Assembly: GCA_963783765.1 (NCBI GenBank)
Contig: CAWAOV010000002.1
Span: 18,927 to 82,926 of the forward strand
DNA length: 64,000 nt
Reading direction: 5' to 3'
Source: an uncultured Chloroflexia bacterium
GTDB taxonomy: Bacteria; Chloroflexota; Anaerolineae; Anaerolineales; UBA11858
Shown in pieces: positions 1 through 10,080 of this stretch (the stretch's first letter is position 1; every line of letters starts with the position of its first letter). The notes beneath the pieces were generated by a model that worked only from the letters and a program-made list of their open reading frames with translations, had not been told where the DNA came from and did no database searches. The position numbers were made by a program, and so were the translations under genes.

Positions 1-1066
1 CGCGCATGTCGCAGATCATATCCCAGTGGATGGCACTTTTATTAAGGCTTCCTGTAATGGGATATCCCTGGCCCAGCGCCATATGGATGGTCCCACCGAT
101 TTTCTCATCATAGAGGATCTTTTTAATAAAGCGGTTGATCTTTTTATTGGTCCCGATAGCAAATTCACCCAGGTAGCGGGCGCCCCGGTCTATATCAAGC
201 ATCGACAGCAGGAAATCCTGATTCTTCTCAGCGGAGGCTTTAACCACCTTGCCTGCTTCAAAGTGAAGCTCTACTCCATCTACTTCCTTACCTGTAAGAA
301 TACAGGGGTGGGTGAATCGCACCCACCCATTTACAGAATCCTCAACCGGTCCCGTGAAGATCTCCCCGCTGGGCATATTCTGTTTTCCATCTGAATTGAT
401 AAAAGTCCGGCCTGCGATCGATAAATCAAGCTCAATATGTGGGCCTCTTACCTGGACCTCTTTTTTTCCTTTTAACCAATCCACCAGGACCTGCTGGTCT
501 TCTTTCATTTGCTTCCATTCTCCCACCGGATCCTCACTGTCGCTGAAAGTAGTGCCATAGACATAATCTTCAAATTCTTTCAAACTCATCCCGGCATCAT
601 CAGCATAGGCCTGGGTTGGATATAATGTGCTTACCCTTCTCAGATCGCCGGATGACATACGTTCAAAATAAGTATCAAAGGTCGGTTTATAAGCCTGGCG
701 CCGGATTGTCAAACGCTCTGGAGATACATCCTTGATGCTCTGCGTATCATATTCACTCAAAATGAAGATCCGGACATCAAAATCCTCATTCAGGGTTTTC
801 CAGAAACGGTCCTCATGCTTAAGCTGTTTCTCGCTGGCCTCCTCAAAAAAGATCTGTTCCAGGCCTTCATAAGCCAGGGTTGGCAGAGGCACACTGTAGG
901 GCAGCAGGTACGGATTCCCGCCCTGGCGCAGGACTTCCCTTAAAACTTCCTGGACCAGGGGGGTTGCCAGAGGTGTCGCTATGATACCTACCAGATCGTC
1001 TTCTTTCACCGTCACACAATAATTGACCAGGGTTTGGGCCAAATTGATCACACGTTGGTCTGTCAT
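1..1066 (-). CDS. M29-family aminopeptidase (AmpS/PepS-like); 3' end runs off the window
   Basis: Absent from the ORF track because it is open to the window edge. Manual translation from the ATG at 1066 gives MTDQRVINLAQTLVNYCVTVKEDDLVGI ... GEFAIGTNKKI ... YDEKIGGTIHMALG ... AIHWDMICDMR, the conserved aminopeptidase T/S core. The + strand ORFs 26..394 and 312..560 are antisense shadows. Confidence 0.8.
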   Translation of the reverse strand, partial: MTDQRVINLAQTLVNYCVTVKEDDLVGIIATPLATPLVQEVLREVLRQGGNPYLLPYSVPLPTLAYEGLEQIFFEEASEKQLKHEDRFWKTLNEDFDVRIFILSEYDTQSIKDVSPERLTIRRQAYKPTFDTYFERMSSGDLRRVSTLYPTQAYADDAGMSLKEFEDYVYGTTFSDSEDPVGEWKQMKEDQQVLVDWLKGKKEVQVRGPHIELDLSIAGRTFINSDGKQNMPSGEIFTGPVEDSVNGWVRFTHPCILTGKEVDGVELHFEAGKVVKASAEKNQDFLLSMLDIDRGARYLGEFAIGTNKKINRFIKKILYDEKIGGTIHMALGQGYPITGSLNKSAIHWDMICDMR

Positions 1067-1200
1067 GAAGTACTCCTTATTTCTTTGATGGATCCAGCTA
1101 ATCAATAGTATAAGGCTCAGCGATTGGCAAATCAACAGGAAAAAGGATAAAGATCAGTTATGACAATATTCGTAAACATCCAAAATGATATAATGCCATC

Positions 1201-1404
1201 ATGCTGCCTGATCTGGAATTAGAGGATATTCTAAAACTGAGAAAGACCCATCCCTGTGGCGAGGACCGCTGGAAGGTCATCCGCCTGGGAGCGGATATTA
1301 AGATCGAATGTCTGGGCTGCGGCAGGCAGGTGATGTTACCCCGCCGCAAGCTTTCCCGCAGTTTAAAGACCAACCTTTCCCTGGAGGAACGAAAAAATGA
1401 GTGA
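1201..1404 (+). CDS. DUF951 family small protein
   Basis: 67 aa with KTHPCG..RW.V.R.GADIKI.C.GCGR..MLPR, the pattern typical of DUF951. Overlaps rsmI by 8 nt. Confidence 0.7.
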   Translation: MLPDLELEDILKLRKTHPCGEDRWKVIRLGADIKIECLGCGRQVMLPRRKLSRSLKTNLSLEERKNE

Positions 1405-2221
1405 CCTATATCTGGTCGCCACGCCGATTGGCAACCTGGAAGATATGTCGTTCCGGGCTGTACGGATCCTCAAGGAAGTTCCCCTGATTGCGGCCGAGGA
1501 TACCCGTACCTCAGCCACTCTCTTAAAACATTATCAAATCGATACACCACTCACTTCATACCACGACCATAATAAAAAATCAAAAACAGCCGTATTACTG
1601 GATCACCTCACAACCGGAGATCTGGCCCTGATATCGGATGCGGGGACCCCTGCCATCAACGATCCGGGGTTTACTCTGGTTCAGGCAGCCTTGGCGGCAG
1701 GTCATAATGTTGTGCCTGTTCCGGGTCCCAGCGCCCCCATAGCAGCACTTTCAGCTGCCGGTCTTCCGACAGATAATTTCCTCTATCTGGGATACCTGCC
1801 GAGGAAGAAAAAAGCCCGTAAAGATATCTTACAGATGGTAAATGATTTTCCCTGGACATTGGTATTCCTTGAAACCCCCCACCGCCTGCTGGACGCCCTG
1901 GAAGATTGTCAATCCACTTTGGGAAATAGACAGATCGCAGTAGCCCGGGAGCTGACCAAGCTGCACGAGGAAATCAAAAGGGGAACAATCGAACAGGTTA
2001 GGAATCATTATTTAGAAAAGGAACCCCGGGGAGAGATCACGTTGATCATCGCTGGGAAAGAAAAAGAGGGTAATTGGTCAGAAAAACACCTGCTGGAAGT
2101 AATCCTGGAGGAAGGCGCTGGAGAAGATGTCAGTCCCAGTCATCTAGCAAAAAGACTGGCCAAAGAATCAGGCTGGTCGCGCAGTGACATCTATGATTTA
2201 ATGCAGGGGCTTCAAGATTAG
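1397..2221 (+). CDS. rsmI: 16S rRNA (cytidine1402-2'-O)-methyltransferase
   Basis: N-terminal LYLVATPIGNLEDMSFRAV..L.....IAAEDTR and a tetrapyrrole-methylase-like fold signature; 274 aa. Confidence 0.9.
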   Translation: MSDLYLVATPIGNLEDMSFRAVRILKEVPLIAAEDTRTSATLLKHYQIDTPLTSYHDHNKKSKTAVLLDHLTTGDLALISDAGTPAINDPGFTLVQAALAAGHNVVPVPGPSAPIAALSAAGLPTDNFLYLGYLPRKKKARKDILQMVNDFPWTLVFLETPHRLLDALEDCQSTLGNRQIAVARELTKLHEEIKRGTIEQVRNHYLEKEPRGEITLIIAGKEKEGNWSEKHLLEVILEEGAGEDVSPSHLAKRLAKESGWSRSDIYDLMQGLQD

Positions 2222-2275
2222 TACATAAAAATCAAGGGATTAAGTCCCTTTGAAGGGACTCAATCCCTCATCAAC

Positions 2276-3364
2276 GTGAAGGAATTTATGAATTTAAATA
2301 ATCACAAAGATTTTTCCACACTCGATACAAAGAATATGCTGGCAGAAATGAACGGGCTGCCGGAGCAGCTGCTCACTGCCTGGGAAGAAGCCCAGCACCT
2401 GCCGCTGGCTGATTTCAGCGCTGTAAAACAGGTATTAGTAGCCGGGATGGGCGGTTCTGCTATTGGCGCCGATCTGCTGAAAGCCTATACTGCGCCGCTG
2501 TCCTCTGTATCCCTGGAAGTTCACCGGGATTATGACCTGCCCGCCTGGGCGGATGGACCAGAAACGTTGGTGATCGTTTCCTCCCACTCTGGAAATACCG
2601 AAGAGACTTATTCTGCCATGCAAACTGCCCTGAAACGAGGCTGCAGTTTGCTGGCTATCTCCACTGGCGGCAAAATCGCCGATCTGGCCAAACAGAACGA
2701 TGTCAATTTATGGATGTTCCAGCACAAAGGCCAGCCCAGGGCCGCGGTCGGTTATTCCTTCTGCCTTTTATTGAATGTTTTCACCCGACTGGGATTTATC
2801 GAAGATCCAACAGATGATCTTATCGGCGCAGTGGAAGAGATGAAAATTCAGCGTGATAAACTGGCACCGGAACTCCCTGATTATAATAATCCCGCCAAAA
2901 GAATGGCCGGTCAATTGATCGATCGCTGGGTGAGTGTTTTTGGCGCGGACCTGCTGGCACCGGTAGCACGACGGTGGAAAGGGCAAATCAGTGAAATCGC
3001 CAAAGCCTGGGGTCAATACGAGGACCTTCCTGAAGCGGACCACAATACGCTGGCTGGTGTGATCAACCCTGAAGAGCTGCTTCTCAAGACCATGGCTTTA
3101 TTTTTGCAGGCAGATTCCAATCATCCCCGCAATCAGCGGCGGATCGAACTCACGAAAAAGAATTTTATGATCGAAGGTATCAGCACGGATCTGATCCAGG
3201 CCAAGGGTGAGAGCAGGATGGCCCAGATGTGGACTACCATCCAGTTTGGCGATTACACTGCCTTTTATCTGGCCATGGCCTATGATATGGACCCCACGCC
3301 CGTGGCGTCCATCGAAAACTTAAAAGAGAGCTGTAACCCGTTTGATAATAAAATCCGGCGCTGA
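2276..3364 (+). CDS. Bifunctional phosphoglucose/phosphomannose isomerase (SIS domain)
   Basis: VAGMGGSAIGADLL, SHSGNTEET and a C-terminal PGI/PMI domain. The GTG at 2276 or the ATG at 2288 (preceded by GAAGGA) may be the true start. Confidence 0.8.
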   Translation: MKEFMNLNNHKDFSTLDTKNMLAEMNGLPEQLLTAWEEAQHLPLADFSAVKQVLVAGMGGSAIGADLLKAYTAPLSSVSLEVHRDYDLPAWADGPETLVIVSSHSGNTEETYSAMQTALKRGCSLLAISTGGKIADLAKQNDVNLWMFQHKGQPRAAVGYSFCLLLNVFTRLGFIEDPTDDLIGAVEEMKIQRDKLAPELPDYNNPAKRMAGQLIDRWVSVFGADLLAPVARRWKGQISEIAKAWGQYEDLPEADHNTLAGVINPEELLLKTMALFLQADSNHPRNQRRIELTKKNFMIEGISTDLIQAKGESRMAQMWTTIQFGDYTAFYLAMAYDMDPTPVASIENLKESCNPFDNKIRR

Positions 3365-3406
3365 TTATGGAGATAGAATATTCGTCAGCGCTGGATTTTT
3401 CACCTC

Positions 3407-4399
3407 ATGAAAAAAATCCCCTTCCGGCTTTTCCTGATTGGACTTACACTCCTGGTCTCCCTGTTTATGGCTCGGGTCATCCAGGCTCAGGGTGATTCTG
3501 CTACAACAGTGATAAATACCATTAACTCACTGCGAGCCCAGCAAGGTTTAGCAGCATTGCAGTCCCACCCTGCCCTGATGTTGATCTCACAGCAGCACAG
3601 CCAATACCAGGCATCGATCGGCACCTGGACCCATGTCAGCGCGGATGGATCCCGGCCTATTGATCGTGCCTATGCAGCAGGATTCGGGAATGGAGCAACG
3701 ATCTTTATTTCGGAAAATGTGGCCTACGGGCAGAATGCCTCTATCATGGAAATTATCAACGGCCCCTGGAATGATCCTGACCACCACCACACCATGTACA
3801 ACCCCAGCGCAAAATATATCGGCGCAGGGGTGGCTTATGCCGGGGATATTGTCTTTTACACAGTAGATACAGGTTACTGGGTTGGTGATCCCGCCCCAAC
3901 GCCAGAAAACCCTGTTATTTCCTACACACCATCTTCTTCATTGATGCCAACCCCTGTACCAGTAGTAGTCTCCACGCCAATGCCTGACGGGACAGTAAAA
4001 CATATCATCGCCGGGGGGCAATCACTGTGGACTATTGCGGCTGTGTACAACGTCTCACTGGAAGAAATTCGTTTATTGAATGAGCTGGAACCGGACGCGA
4101 TCATGAATCTAGGAGATGAGATCATCATTCAGCCTTCTTATACTCCAACCAACACTCCTATTGGACAGGCCAGTGCTACACTGCCTCCGCGCTATACCCA
4201 TACGCCTTCCCCGGTAGGCTCAAGAGGTACTGCAATCCAATTTTCGCCCGCTACTCCATCACCTACAAATAAAGCTGCCGCTGAACCCCGCTTTCGGACC
4301 AGCACAAAAAACCCCACCCTTGTCATTCTGGCAGTGTTAATTTCAGGTGGGACTTTAGCAGCCGCCCTGGTATTCAGCTTAAGAAATAATAACGATTAG
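3407..4399 (+). CDS. Secreted CAP/SCP (YkwD-like) domain protein with LysM domain and C-terminal TM anchor
   Basis: Signal peptide; CAP motifs (LR...GL..L, H.SADGSRP.DR, SENVAYG, HHHTM); LysM HIIAGGQSLWTIAAVYNVSLEEIRLLN; Pro/Thr linker; terminal hydrophobic helix. Confidence 0.7.
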   Translation: MKKIPFRLFLIGLTLLVSLFMARVIQAQGDSATTVINTINSLRAQQGLAALQSHPALMLISQQHSQYQASIGTWTHVSADGSRPIDRAYAAGFGNGATIFISENVAYGQNASIMEIINGPWNDPDHHHTMYNPSAKYIGAGVAYAGDIVFYTVDTGYWVGDPAPTPENPVISYTPSSSLMPTPVPVVVSTPMPDGTVKHIIAGGQSLWTIAAVYNVSLEEIRLLNELEPDAIMNLGDEIIIQPSYTPTNTPIGQASATLPPRYTHTPSPVGSRGTAIQFSPATPSPTNKAAAEPRFRTSTKNPTLVILAVLISGGTLAAALVFSLRNNND

Positions 4400-5229
4400 G
4401 CTTCTTGCAGTTCTCCCCCTACCCATTCCAAACCTTCAACACGGGCTTCCCAATCCAGCAACAGCCTGATAACCTCCTGCAGGTCGGCCGGATCCCCTGT
4501 GGTGAGGAATGAAGTTTTTCCGTTTTCTCCACCGTTGGTCAGCAGATCATACTCGGTCAGCAGTCGTCCCGCTTGCCTGGCAATAGCTGGGGCAGGATCG
4601 ATCACCTGAACATTTTCTCCAACAATTTCCTTGATCAACGGAATCACAAAAGGATAATGAGTACAACCCATCACAACCTCATCCACCCCTTTTTCCAACA
4701 TCGGATCGAGTGCTTTTTTTAATATTTCCCTGGTCCTGGGGTGATCGATCTTTCCTTGCTCAATCAGTTCTACCAACCCGGGACAGGTATCCGGCAGAAT
4801 CTTGACTCCTTTTGCAAACCTTTCAACAGTGGATGCGTAGAGCGCTCCCTGGAATGTGGCAGGAGTGGCCAACACACCGACTATCCCTGTGCTTGTCTCT
4901 TCTGCTGCCGGTTTAACCGCCGGCTCCATACCCACAAAGGGAATCGCAGGATAGGATTTCCTAAGAATATCCAGAGCCACCGCAGAAGCAGTATTACAGG
5001 CGATGATAATCAACTTGACTTTTTCATTCAAAAAAAATCGAACAATACCTTCTGAAAAGTCAAACACCTCTTCCCTGGTACGTATTCCGTATGGTACATG
5101 GGCTTGATCGGCTATATATAACAGGTCCTCGGAAGGAAGTTGGCGCCGTACTTCCCTCAATACGGAAAGCCCCCCCACCCCGGAATCAAAAATCCCAATT
5201 GCTCGGTCTTGTTTTTTTATTCTTGCCAT
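4396..5229 (-). CDS. murI: Glutamate racemase
   Basis: IGIFDSGVGGLSVLREV, IIACNTAS, GCTHYP. The ORF extends to 5304, but MARIKKQDRAIGIFDSG at 5229 fits the family N-terminus and avoids overlap with the upstream gene. Confidence 0.9.
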   Translation of the reverse strand: MARIKKQDRAIGIFDSGVGGLSVLREVRRQLPSEDLLYIADQAHVPYGIRTREEVFDFSEGIVRFFLNEKVKLIIIACNTASAVALDILRKSYPAIPFVGMEPAVKPAAEETSTGIVGVLATPATFQGALYASTVERFAKGVKILPDTCPGLVELIEQGKIDHPRTREILKKALDPMLEKGVDEVVMGCTHYPFVIPLIKEIVGENVQVIDPAPAIARQAGRLLTEYDLLTNGGENGKTSFLTTGDPADLQEVIRLLLDWEARVEGLEWVGGELQEA

Positions 5230-5230
5230 C

Positions 5231-6760
5231 TCAGGGTATATTCTCCAAATATTGGCTGGACTCTTCCTGGAACGCAACCCAAGCCAATTTAGGTGTGCCG
5301 TCATTTTCCAGTAAACCCAGATAGTTCAAAAAGTCCACGAAGGTTGCCATAAATTCTTCGTCATGGATCACAGTTGAGTCTTCCGGCAGGAAGGTCAAGG
5401 CTGACTCAGCAGAATTCTCCAATTTGCTGTCATGAAGGGCAAACCAGGAAATGAATTCAATTTGGTCCCTGTGCAAGGCCAACAACCGGAATGTTTCCCG
5501 GACAAAAATTTCCTGGTCTTGCTGAGTGCCTGAAAGGCTTTCCGAAGTATTCCAGCCTAATTCTACAAGCGCTGCAGGCTTTTCTCCAGCCAGATCGAGT
5601 ATCCGATCCAGATAGGCTTCCAGTTCGGTCGGATCACGGTCAAATTGAAATCCCGGGCTGTAAAGATAGAGAGTGATCGGAAGGAAATCTCCCAGATCCA
5701 ACTCCTGAATGATATCGATGGAATTGGTAGTTTCCGCATCATGGTAAGCAAAGGTCATTCCCACCATGACTTGCGGATAACGCTCCTTGATAGCGCCCTG
5801 GACAGTCAGGAAAAAGGTTTTATAGGCAGCGATCTCATCACGGTGATAAACAAAATAGTCGTTTACCTCATTTCCAATACTGAGATATTGAACAGGATAA
5901 CGCTCCAAAACATCAAGAATAAAGTCAGTAAAACGCTGAATAAATTCCGGGTCATCAAAATTTTTATCTCTCAGGTCTTCCGGCATCGAACCCCTCAGAG
6001 CAGTATGGATCACATTCACAACCAGGGACACTTCAAAACCCTCATGAAATCTATAGCCCATCAAGGCATCCTGCCATTCCCAGATCCGTTCACCAGCTTT
6101 TTTTTCCACCTCGCCCCACTGTATGTAGCTGTGTAGAACCTGAACGCCATTCTCTTTTGCAATCCGCAAAGCAGGGTAATACCCGTTCCAAAAGTCATCC
6201 TCGGCATAATTAACCATCAACCCGATCTTTCCAGTTTTTAGGGCTGGAACCTGGAAATCATCTCTACAGCTGGTAGAAGTCAAAACCTGCTCAAAAAGAT
6301 CGGAATTCTGAACTGTATCCCTGCCTCCAACCACCAGGGCGTAGGTTTGGCCCTGGCAATAATCCAATACAGTTTGAAGGCGCATCGTCTGGTTGTCATC
6401 ACGAGTGGTGAATTCGAAAAATGGCCTCCCATCCAATTCGCCTTGCTGGACAAGATAAGCAGTGGGATCATCTTCAATATAAGTCAGGAACTGACCTGCG
6501 AAGATCTCTGGCAAGGTCTGGTAGCGATTTATACCAATAAGCTGCCCATCCTCTACCACCATATGCAAAGCTTCCGGATCCTTGTCCACTGCATCTTGCC
6601 AGGTGGGCAATATTGCCTCATAGTACCCATCGCGGAAGAACTCAAAAGAAAAGTTATCAGAGGTCGGTTCCTGGGGAGGAAGCTCATCAGCTCCACAAGA
6701 ACTGAGCAAGGCTGCGATCAGGATCAGGAACAAAAGGGATCGGGTTCTCATGGCTTTCAT
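5231..6760 (-). CDS. Lipoprotein with clan GH-A-like (TIM-barrel glycoside hydrolase-like) domain
   Basis: Lipobox LLSSCG. IGNEVNDY (acid/base-like NE) and VELGWNTSE (nucleophile-like E) are spaced as in GH-A enzymes. No specific family recognised. Confidence 0.45.
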   Translation of the reverse strand: MKAMRTRSLLFLILIAALLSSCGADELPPQEPTSDNFSFEFFRDGYYEAILPTWQDAVDKDPEALHMVVEDGQLIGINRYQTLPEIFAGQFLTYIEDDPTAYLVQQGELDGRPFFEFTTRDDNQTMRLQTVLDYCQGQTYALVVGGRDTVQNSDLFEQVLTSTSCRDDFQVPALKTGKIGLMVNYAEDDFWNGYYPALRIAKENGVQVLHSYIQWGEVEKKAGERIWEWQDALMGYRFHEGFEVSLVVNVIHTALRGSMPEDLRDKNFDDPEFIQRFTDFILDVLERYPVQYLSIGNEVNDYFVYHRDEIAAYKTFFLTVQGAIKERYPQVMVGMTFAYHDAETTNSIDIIQELDLGDFLPITLYLYSPGFQFDRDPTELEAYLDRILDLAGEKPAALVELGWNTSESLSGTQQDQEIFVRETFRLLALHRDQIEFISWFALHDSKLENSAESALTFLPEDSTVIHDEEFMATFVDFLNYLGLLENDGTPKLAWVAFQEESSQYLENIP

Positions 6761-6799
6761 TATACTCAGGTTTTTGGGAGGTTATTCTCTGGCTTAAAC

Positions 6800-6830
6800 C
6801 AAAAAAGGGCACAGATAGATCTATGCCCTT
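6800..6830 (-). terminator. Intrinsic terminator downstream of rplS
   Basis: On the minus strand: AAGGGCA-loop-TGCCCTT followed by TTTTTTGG. Confidence 0.6.
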
Positions 6831-6854
6831 GGATATAACAAACTATAGTCTTTA

Positions 6855-7202
6855 TTAATTAAATTTCTGGCGCAGTTTAGCTTTCTTACCTGTGCGTTCA
6901 CGCAGGAAGTATAACCGGGAACGCCGGTGGTGGCCCTGGCTCTGAACAGTCACTTTTTCCACGATCGGGGAACGGGTCAGGAAGGTTCTCTCAACACCGA
7001 TGCTGTTGCTGGCAATCCTTCTAACTGTGAAACTTTCGCTATTTCCCATACCATGTGTCCGGATAATGGTGCCTTTGAACTGCTGGACTCTTTCATTATC
7101 GCCTTCTTTAATGCGGACAAAAACGGTAACAGTATCCCCGGTTTGAAGTTCGGGAACATTGGGGTTTTTTGGCGTTTCAAGCGCCTTGATCAGATCGCTC
7201 AT
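6855..7202 (-). CDS. rplS: 50S ribosomal protein L19
   Basis: 115 aa; GDTV.V...I.EG..ERVQ.F.G..I...G.G....FTVR.I..GIGVER.F family signature. Confidence 0.95.
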   Translation of the reverse strand: MSDLIKALETPKNPNVPELQTGDTVTVFVRIKEGDNERVQQFKGTIIRTHGMGNSESFTVRRIASNSIGVERTFLTRSPIVEKVTVQSQGHHRRSRLYFLRERTGKKAKLRQKFN

Positions 7203-7269
7203 CCTAAATTTCCTTCTAAGTAAATCAGTAATCTAACACAATAATTTTCGTTCTTTAACACGGTTGGTG

Positions 7270-7298
7270 ATTATAACACGCAGGTTTTGTTTTGGGAA
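7270..7298 (-). promoter_or_regulatory. Putative sigma-70-type promoter of rplS
   Basis: Minus strand reads TTCCCA - 17 nt - TATAAT, about 70 nt upstream of the rplS ATG. Confidence 0.35.
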
Positions 7299-7319
7299 GG
7301 AAGATGAAGGGGTTCCTGG

Positions 7320-7637
7320 TTAGGGGCCCTGAATTGCTTCCAGCAGCGCGGCCAGGGCAGCTTCTGGCTCAATCTGGTCTTTTAATACGCTGACAACCGC
7401 ATCTCTTATATCAGGACCGAACTCATTCTGAAGATCATTATCAGGTAGAAGCACTGCCGTGGGCAGCAGCTTCTGCAAGGTGGCGAAGTATGGTGTTTCT
7501 GACCAGCTATCCAACCCGGAAGGCCGGACTGGCAAATAACCCGCTGCAACACCCCAGGTGTTTATAAAACTTGCTTCTGTAAGAAATTCGGCCAGTTCAA
7601 CCGCTTCCTGTTCTGTTTCCAAATCAGACGGGATCAC
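7320..7637 (-). CDS. ABC transporter substrate-binding protein, C-terminal fragment (frame-disrupted gene)
   Basis: The frame stays open upstream of the annotated Met and reads LPTKEAKPFAYADGWIWCVIPSDLE..., continuing the upstream ORF's protein. Confidence 0.6.
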   Translation of the reverse strand: MIPSDLETEQEAVELAEFLTEASFINTWGVAAGYLPVRPSGLDSWSETPYFATLQKLLPTAVLLPDNDLQNEFGPDIRDAVVSVLKDQIEPEAALAALLEAIQGP

Positions 7638-8653
7638 ACACCAGATCCAGCCGTCTGCATAAGCGAAAGGTTTTGCTTCCTTGGTCGGGAGGCTGCCAGA
7701 GAAGTATTGGCAGATTCCGAGTTAAGAAGGATCGAACTCCAGGTAATAGCCAGGGTCGATTGGCGATCCTGGTAAGACTGCCAGGCCTGCTGGTCAGACT
7801 CAAATTGTGTTAACCAGTAAGGCATCACACCGGCAGTCTGAGCAGCCTTGTAGTACTTAAGCACTTCCAGAAGGGATTCCTCCTGAATATATGTTTCAGC
7901 GTTTGAACCAGGCATTTCTCCGGAGAGACTTTGATACCAAGCCAGAGTGACCAGGCCCCGCGGGTCTGAGGCAGGAAAAGCCAGGGTTTTTTGGGCTTCG
8001 ATCACAGAAGTCCAATCCTGAGGAAGTTGTTCTTCTGTATCATTTTTATACGCCATGACCATCAAATCACCCGCAAATGGAAAGCCTGCAATCTCGCCAT
8101 TGATATAGGCCAGATCCAGGCCGTAATCATACCAATCATCCTCCACGATGGAGTCAGTATAACCCTCCAGCGGAAGTATCAAACCGGCCTGGAAGGCTTG
8201 TTCTGCAAGCGAACGAGGTAATGCTATCAGGTCCGGCATAAGAATGGGAGCTGCTGAGTTAGTCATCTGGAGGGATTCCAGGATGCCGAACTCACCTGAA
8301 GCAGGTTTAACTCGGACCTGAATTTCAGTTTGAGGCCGCCTGGTCTTGAAATCGTCCAGACGCGACAGGAACAGATTTCCGGCAGATGTCGCAACAGAAG
8401 GATCGAATTGGGGCGGCACCCAAACAATTAACGTCCGGGATTGAACCACCGGGATATTTGGCGTTGCTGAAGGTCGTGGTGTAGGTGAGGCTGCAGTTCC
8501 GGGAATTTCTGTTGGGGAAGTTGAAGGAAAAATATCCCCCAGGTCCGGGAAATTACATGACGTAATGCCAAATACCAGCAAGCTAATAATGAGCACGCCA
8601 GGTAACAACCTCAATAATGTTCTGTTTCTGCTGTAATTTTCAGGTTTTTCCAT
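7634..8653 (-). CDS. ABC transporter substrate-binding lipoprotein, N-terminal fragment (frame-disrupted gene)
   Basis: Lipobox ITSC, Pro/Thr linker, SBP family-1-like body. The last ~25 residues (SRPRKQNLSLMQTAGSGV) look out of frame. Confidence 0.6.
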   Translation of the reverse strand: MEKPENYSRNRTLLRLLPGVLIISLLVFGITSCNFPDLGDIFPSTSPTEIPGTAASPTPRPSATPNIPVVQSRTLIVWVPPQFDPSVATSAGNLFLSRLDDFKTRRPQTEIQVRVKPASGEFGILESLQMTNSAAPILMPDLIALPRSLAEQAFQAGLILPLEGYTDSIVEDDWYDYGLDLAYINGEIAGFPFAGDLMVMAYKNDTEEQLPQDWTSVIEAQKTLAFPASDPRGLVTLAWYQSLSGEMPGSNAETYIQEESLLEVLKYYKAAQTAGVMPYWLTQFESDQQAWQSYQDRQSTLAITWSSILLNSESANTSLAASRPRKQNLSLMQTAGSGV

Positions 8654-8782
8654 GATTAACCTTTCTCTGTGAGAGAAACCACATTAAACCACAGTTTTTT
8701 CCAGCGGAAATAGTAATTATATAAATATAACAATTCAATATTAAGGGAAACTACACAAGTGGAGACTGTTATTGGGTCCTAT

Positions 8783-9190
8783 TTATTCTTCTGTAGCAGT
8801 TGGCAAGGGTGGTGGTTCTGTTGTCGCAGGTTGTGTAAGGGTAGTGGTGAAAGTGGTTGTTGGTGTATAAGTATCCGTTGAGGTTGGGGTGAGTGTATCA
8901 GTTGGAGTCGTCGTTGGAGTCGGGGTCTCAGTTCTGGTAGGCGTTACAGTAGGAGAGATCGTCGGGGTAAAGGTTGGAAAACGGGTGGGGATGATTGGCT
9001 CAGGGGTATTTGTAATGATCGGAGTTGCTGTGAATGTGGCCGTGGCGGAAATCCTGGCAGTTGGCGTGGGTTCATTCTTGCGCTTCAGGTTAACAAAGGT
9101 AATCCCCAGGGCATAACAGGGGATAGTTATGCCGATCAAAGCCAAGAATATGATTTGCAGGCGCTGCTGTTTCTGGTTGGGAGTTCTCAT
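8783..9190 (-). CDS. Membrane-anchored Thr/Pro-rich low-complexity protein
   Basis: One N-terminal TM helix, then about 100 aa of TPT/TPE-type low complexity. Confidence 0.4.
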   Translation of the reverse strand: MRTPNQKQQRLQIIFLALIGITIPCYALGITFVNLKRKNEPTPTARISATATFTATPIITNTPEPIIPTRFPTFTPTISPTVTPTRTETPTPTTTPTDTLTPTSTDTYTPTTTFTTTLTQPATTEPPPLPTATEE

Positions 9191-9345
9191 AAAAAGAGAT
9201 CAATACCTTTCAAAATCCATACAATCAGTATGTCATAAACAAGTGAAACCTTGAGTATCGTATAATCGTATATATTATAGTGTAAATCCCTGGGTTGGCA
9301 GATTATCTTCTGACCCAGGAGATCTGCTGAGCAAATCATAAGATT

Positions 9346-10080
9346 TTGGAAAAACACCACATTATGACCATACCAATCCACATCACAACGCTGCTTTTTG
9401 ATCTTGATGGCACATTGATCCATCAACATCCATCCTCTCTGGATGTCCTGTTTACAATCCTGGATGAACATCTGGTGCCCTTGATGGCAACTGCCCACCG
9501 TGAGACCCAGCAGTTTATATATCGATATTGGGCGAAATCGGAAGAACTAAAACAGGACCAGAAGATGTACGGAGAATTAACAGATGAATTTTGGCTCCAT
9601 TATCTGAAGCGAAAATTATGGGTTGCGGGTTTAACGGAACTACAAACCACAGATCTTGCTCCAGTTATTCAGAAAGAACTTCTCGAACGCCATAAACCTG
9701 AGGTGCTGGTCCGAGACGATGTTCGACCCACTTTAAAGACGTTACGTCAATTAGGATATAAGATGGGACTGGTCAGTAATCGATCCAATTCAATTGAAAC
9801 TGAAGTCAAGGAACTCGGTTTAGATTCCCATTTTGATTTTTACTTTACGTCTGGGGATGTCGAATCAGCAAAACCAGATCCTGAGATATTTGAACACGCC
9901 CTCTACCTGGCTGAAAGCAGCCCGGATATCTCCGCCTATATTGGAGACAATTACTATACAGACATCCTGGGTGCCCAGAACGCAGGCATCTATCCCATTT
10001 TATATGATCCGCGTTATATATTCCCTGATGTTGAGTGCCAAAAGATCACCAAGATCAGTGATCTCGTATCCCGGATCTAA
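9346..10080 (+). CDS. HAD-superfamily hydrolase (subfamily IA-like)
   Basis: Motif I LLFDLDGTLI, motif II LVSNRS, motif III/IV K...GDNYYTDILGAQNAG. An alternative start is at 9364. Confidence 0.8.
   Translation: MEKHHIMTIPIHITTLLFDLDGTLIHQHPSSLDVLFTILDEHLVPLMATAHRETQQFIYRYWAKSEELKQDQKMYGELTDEFWLHYLKRKLWVAGLTELQTTDLAPVIQKELLERHKPEVLVRDDVRPTLKTLRQLGYKMGLVSNRSNSIETEVKELGLDSHFDFYFTSGDVESAKPDPEIFEHALYLAESSPDISAYIGDNYYTDILGAQNAGIYPILYDPRYIFPDVECQKITKISDLVSRI

Noticed and set aside
26-560. Two + strand ORFs at the window start
   Set aside because: They are antisense to the M29 aminopeptidase gene, which translates with strong family motifs on the minus strand.
8783-9190. Thr/Pro-rich protein as a novel repeat protein
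   Set aside because: It is a plain TPT/TPE low-complexity linker without fixed periodicity. The same kind of linker occurs in several secreted proteins here, for example at 3407..4399 and 7634..8653.
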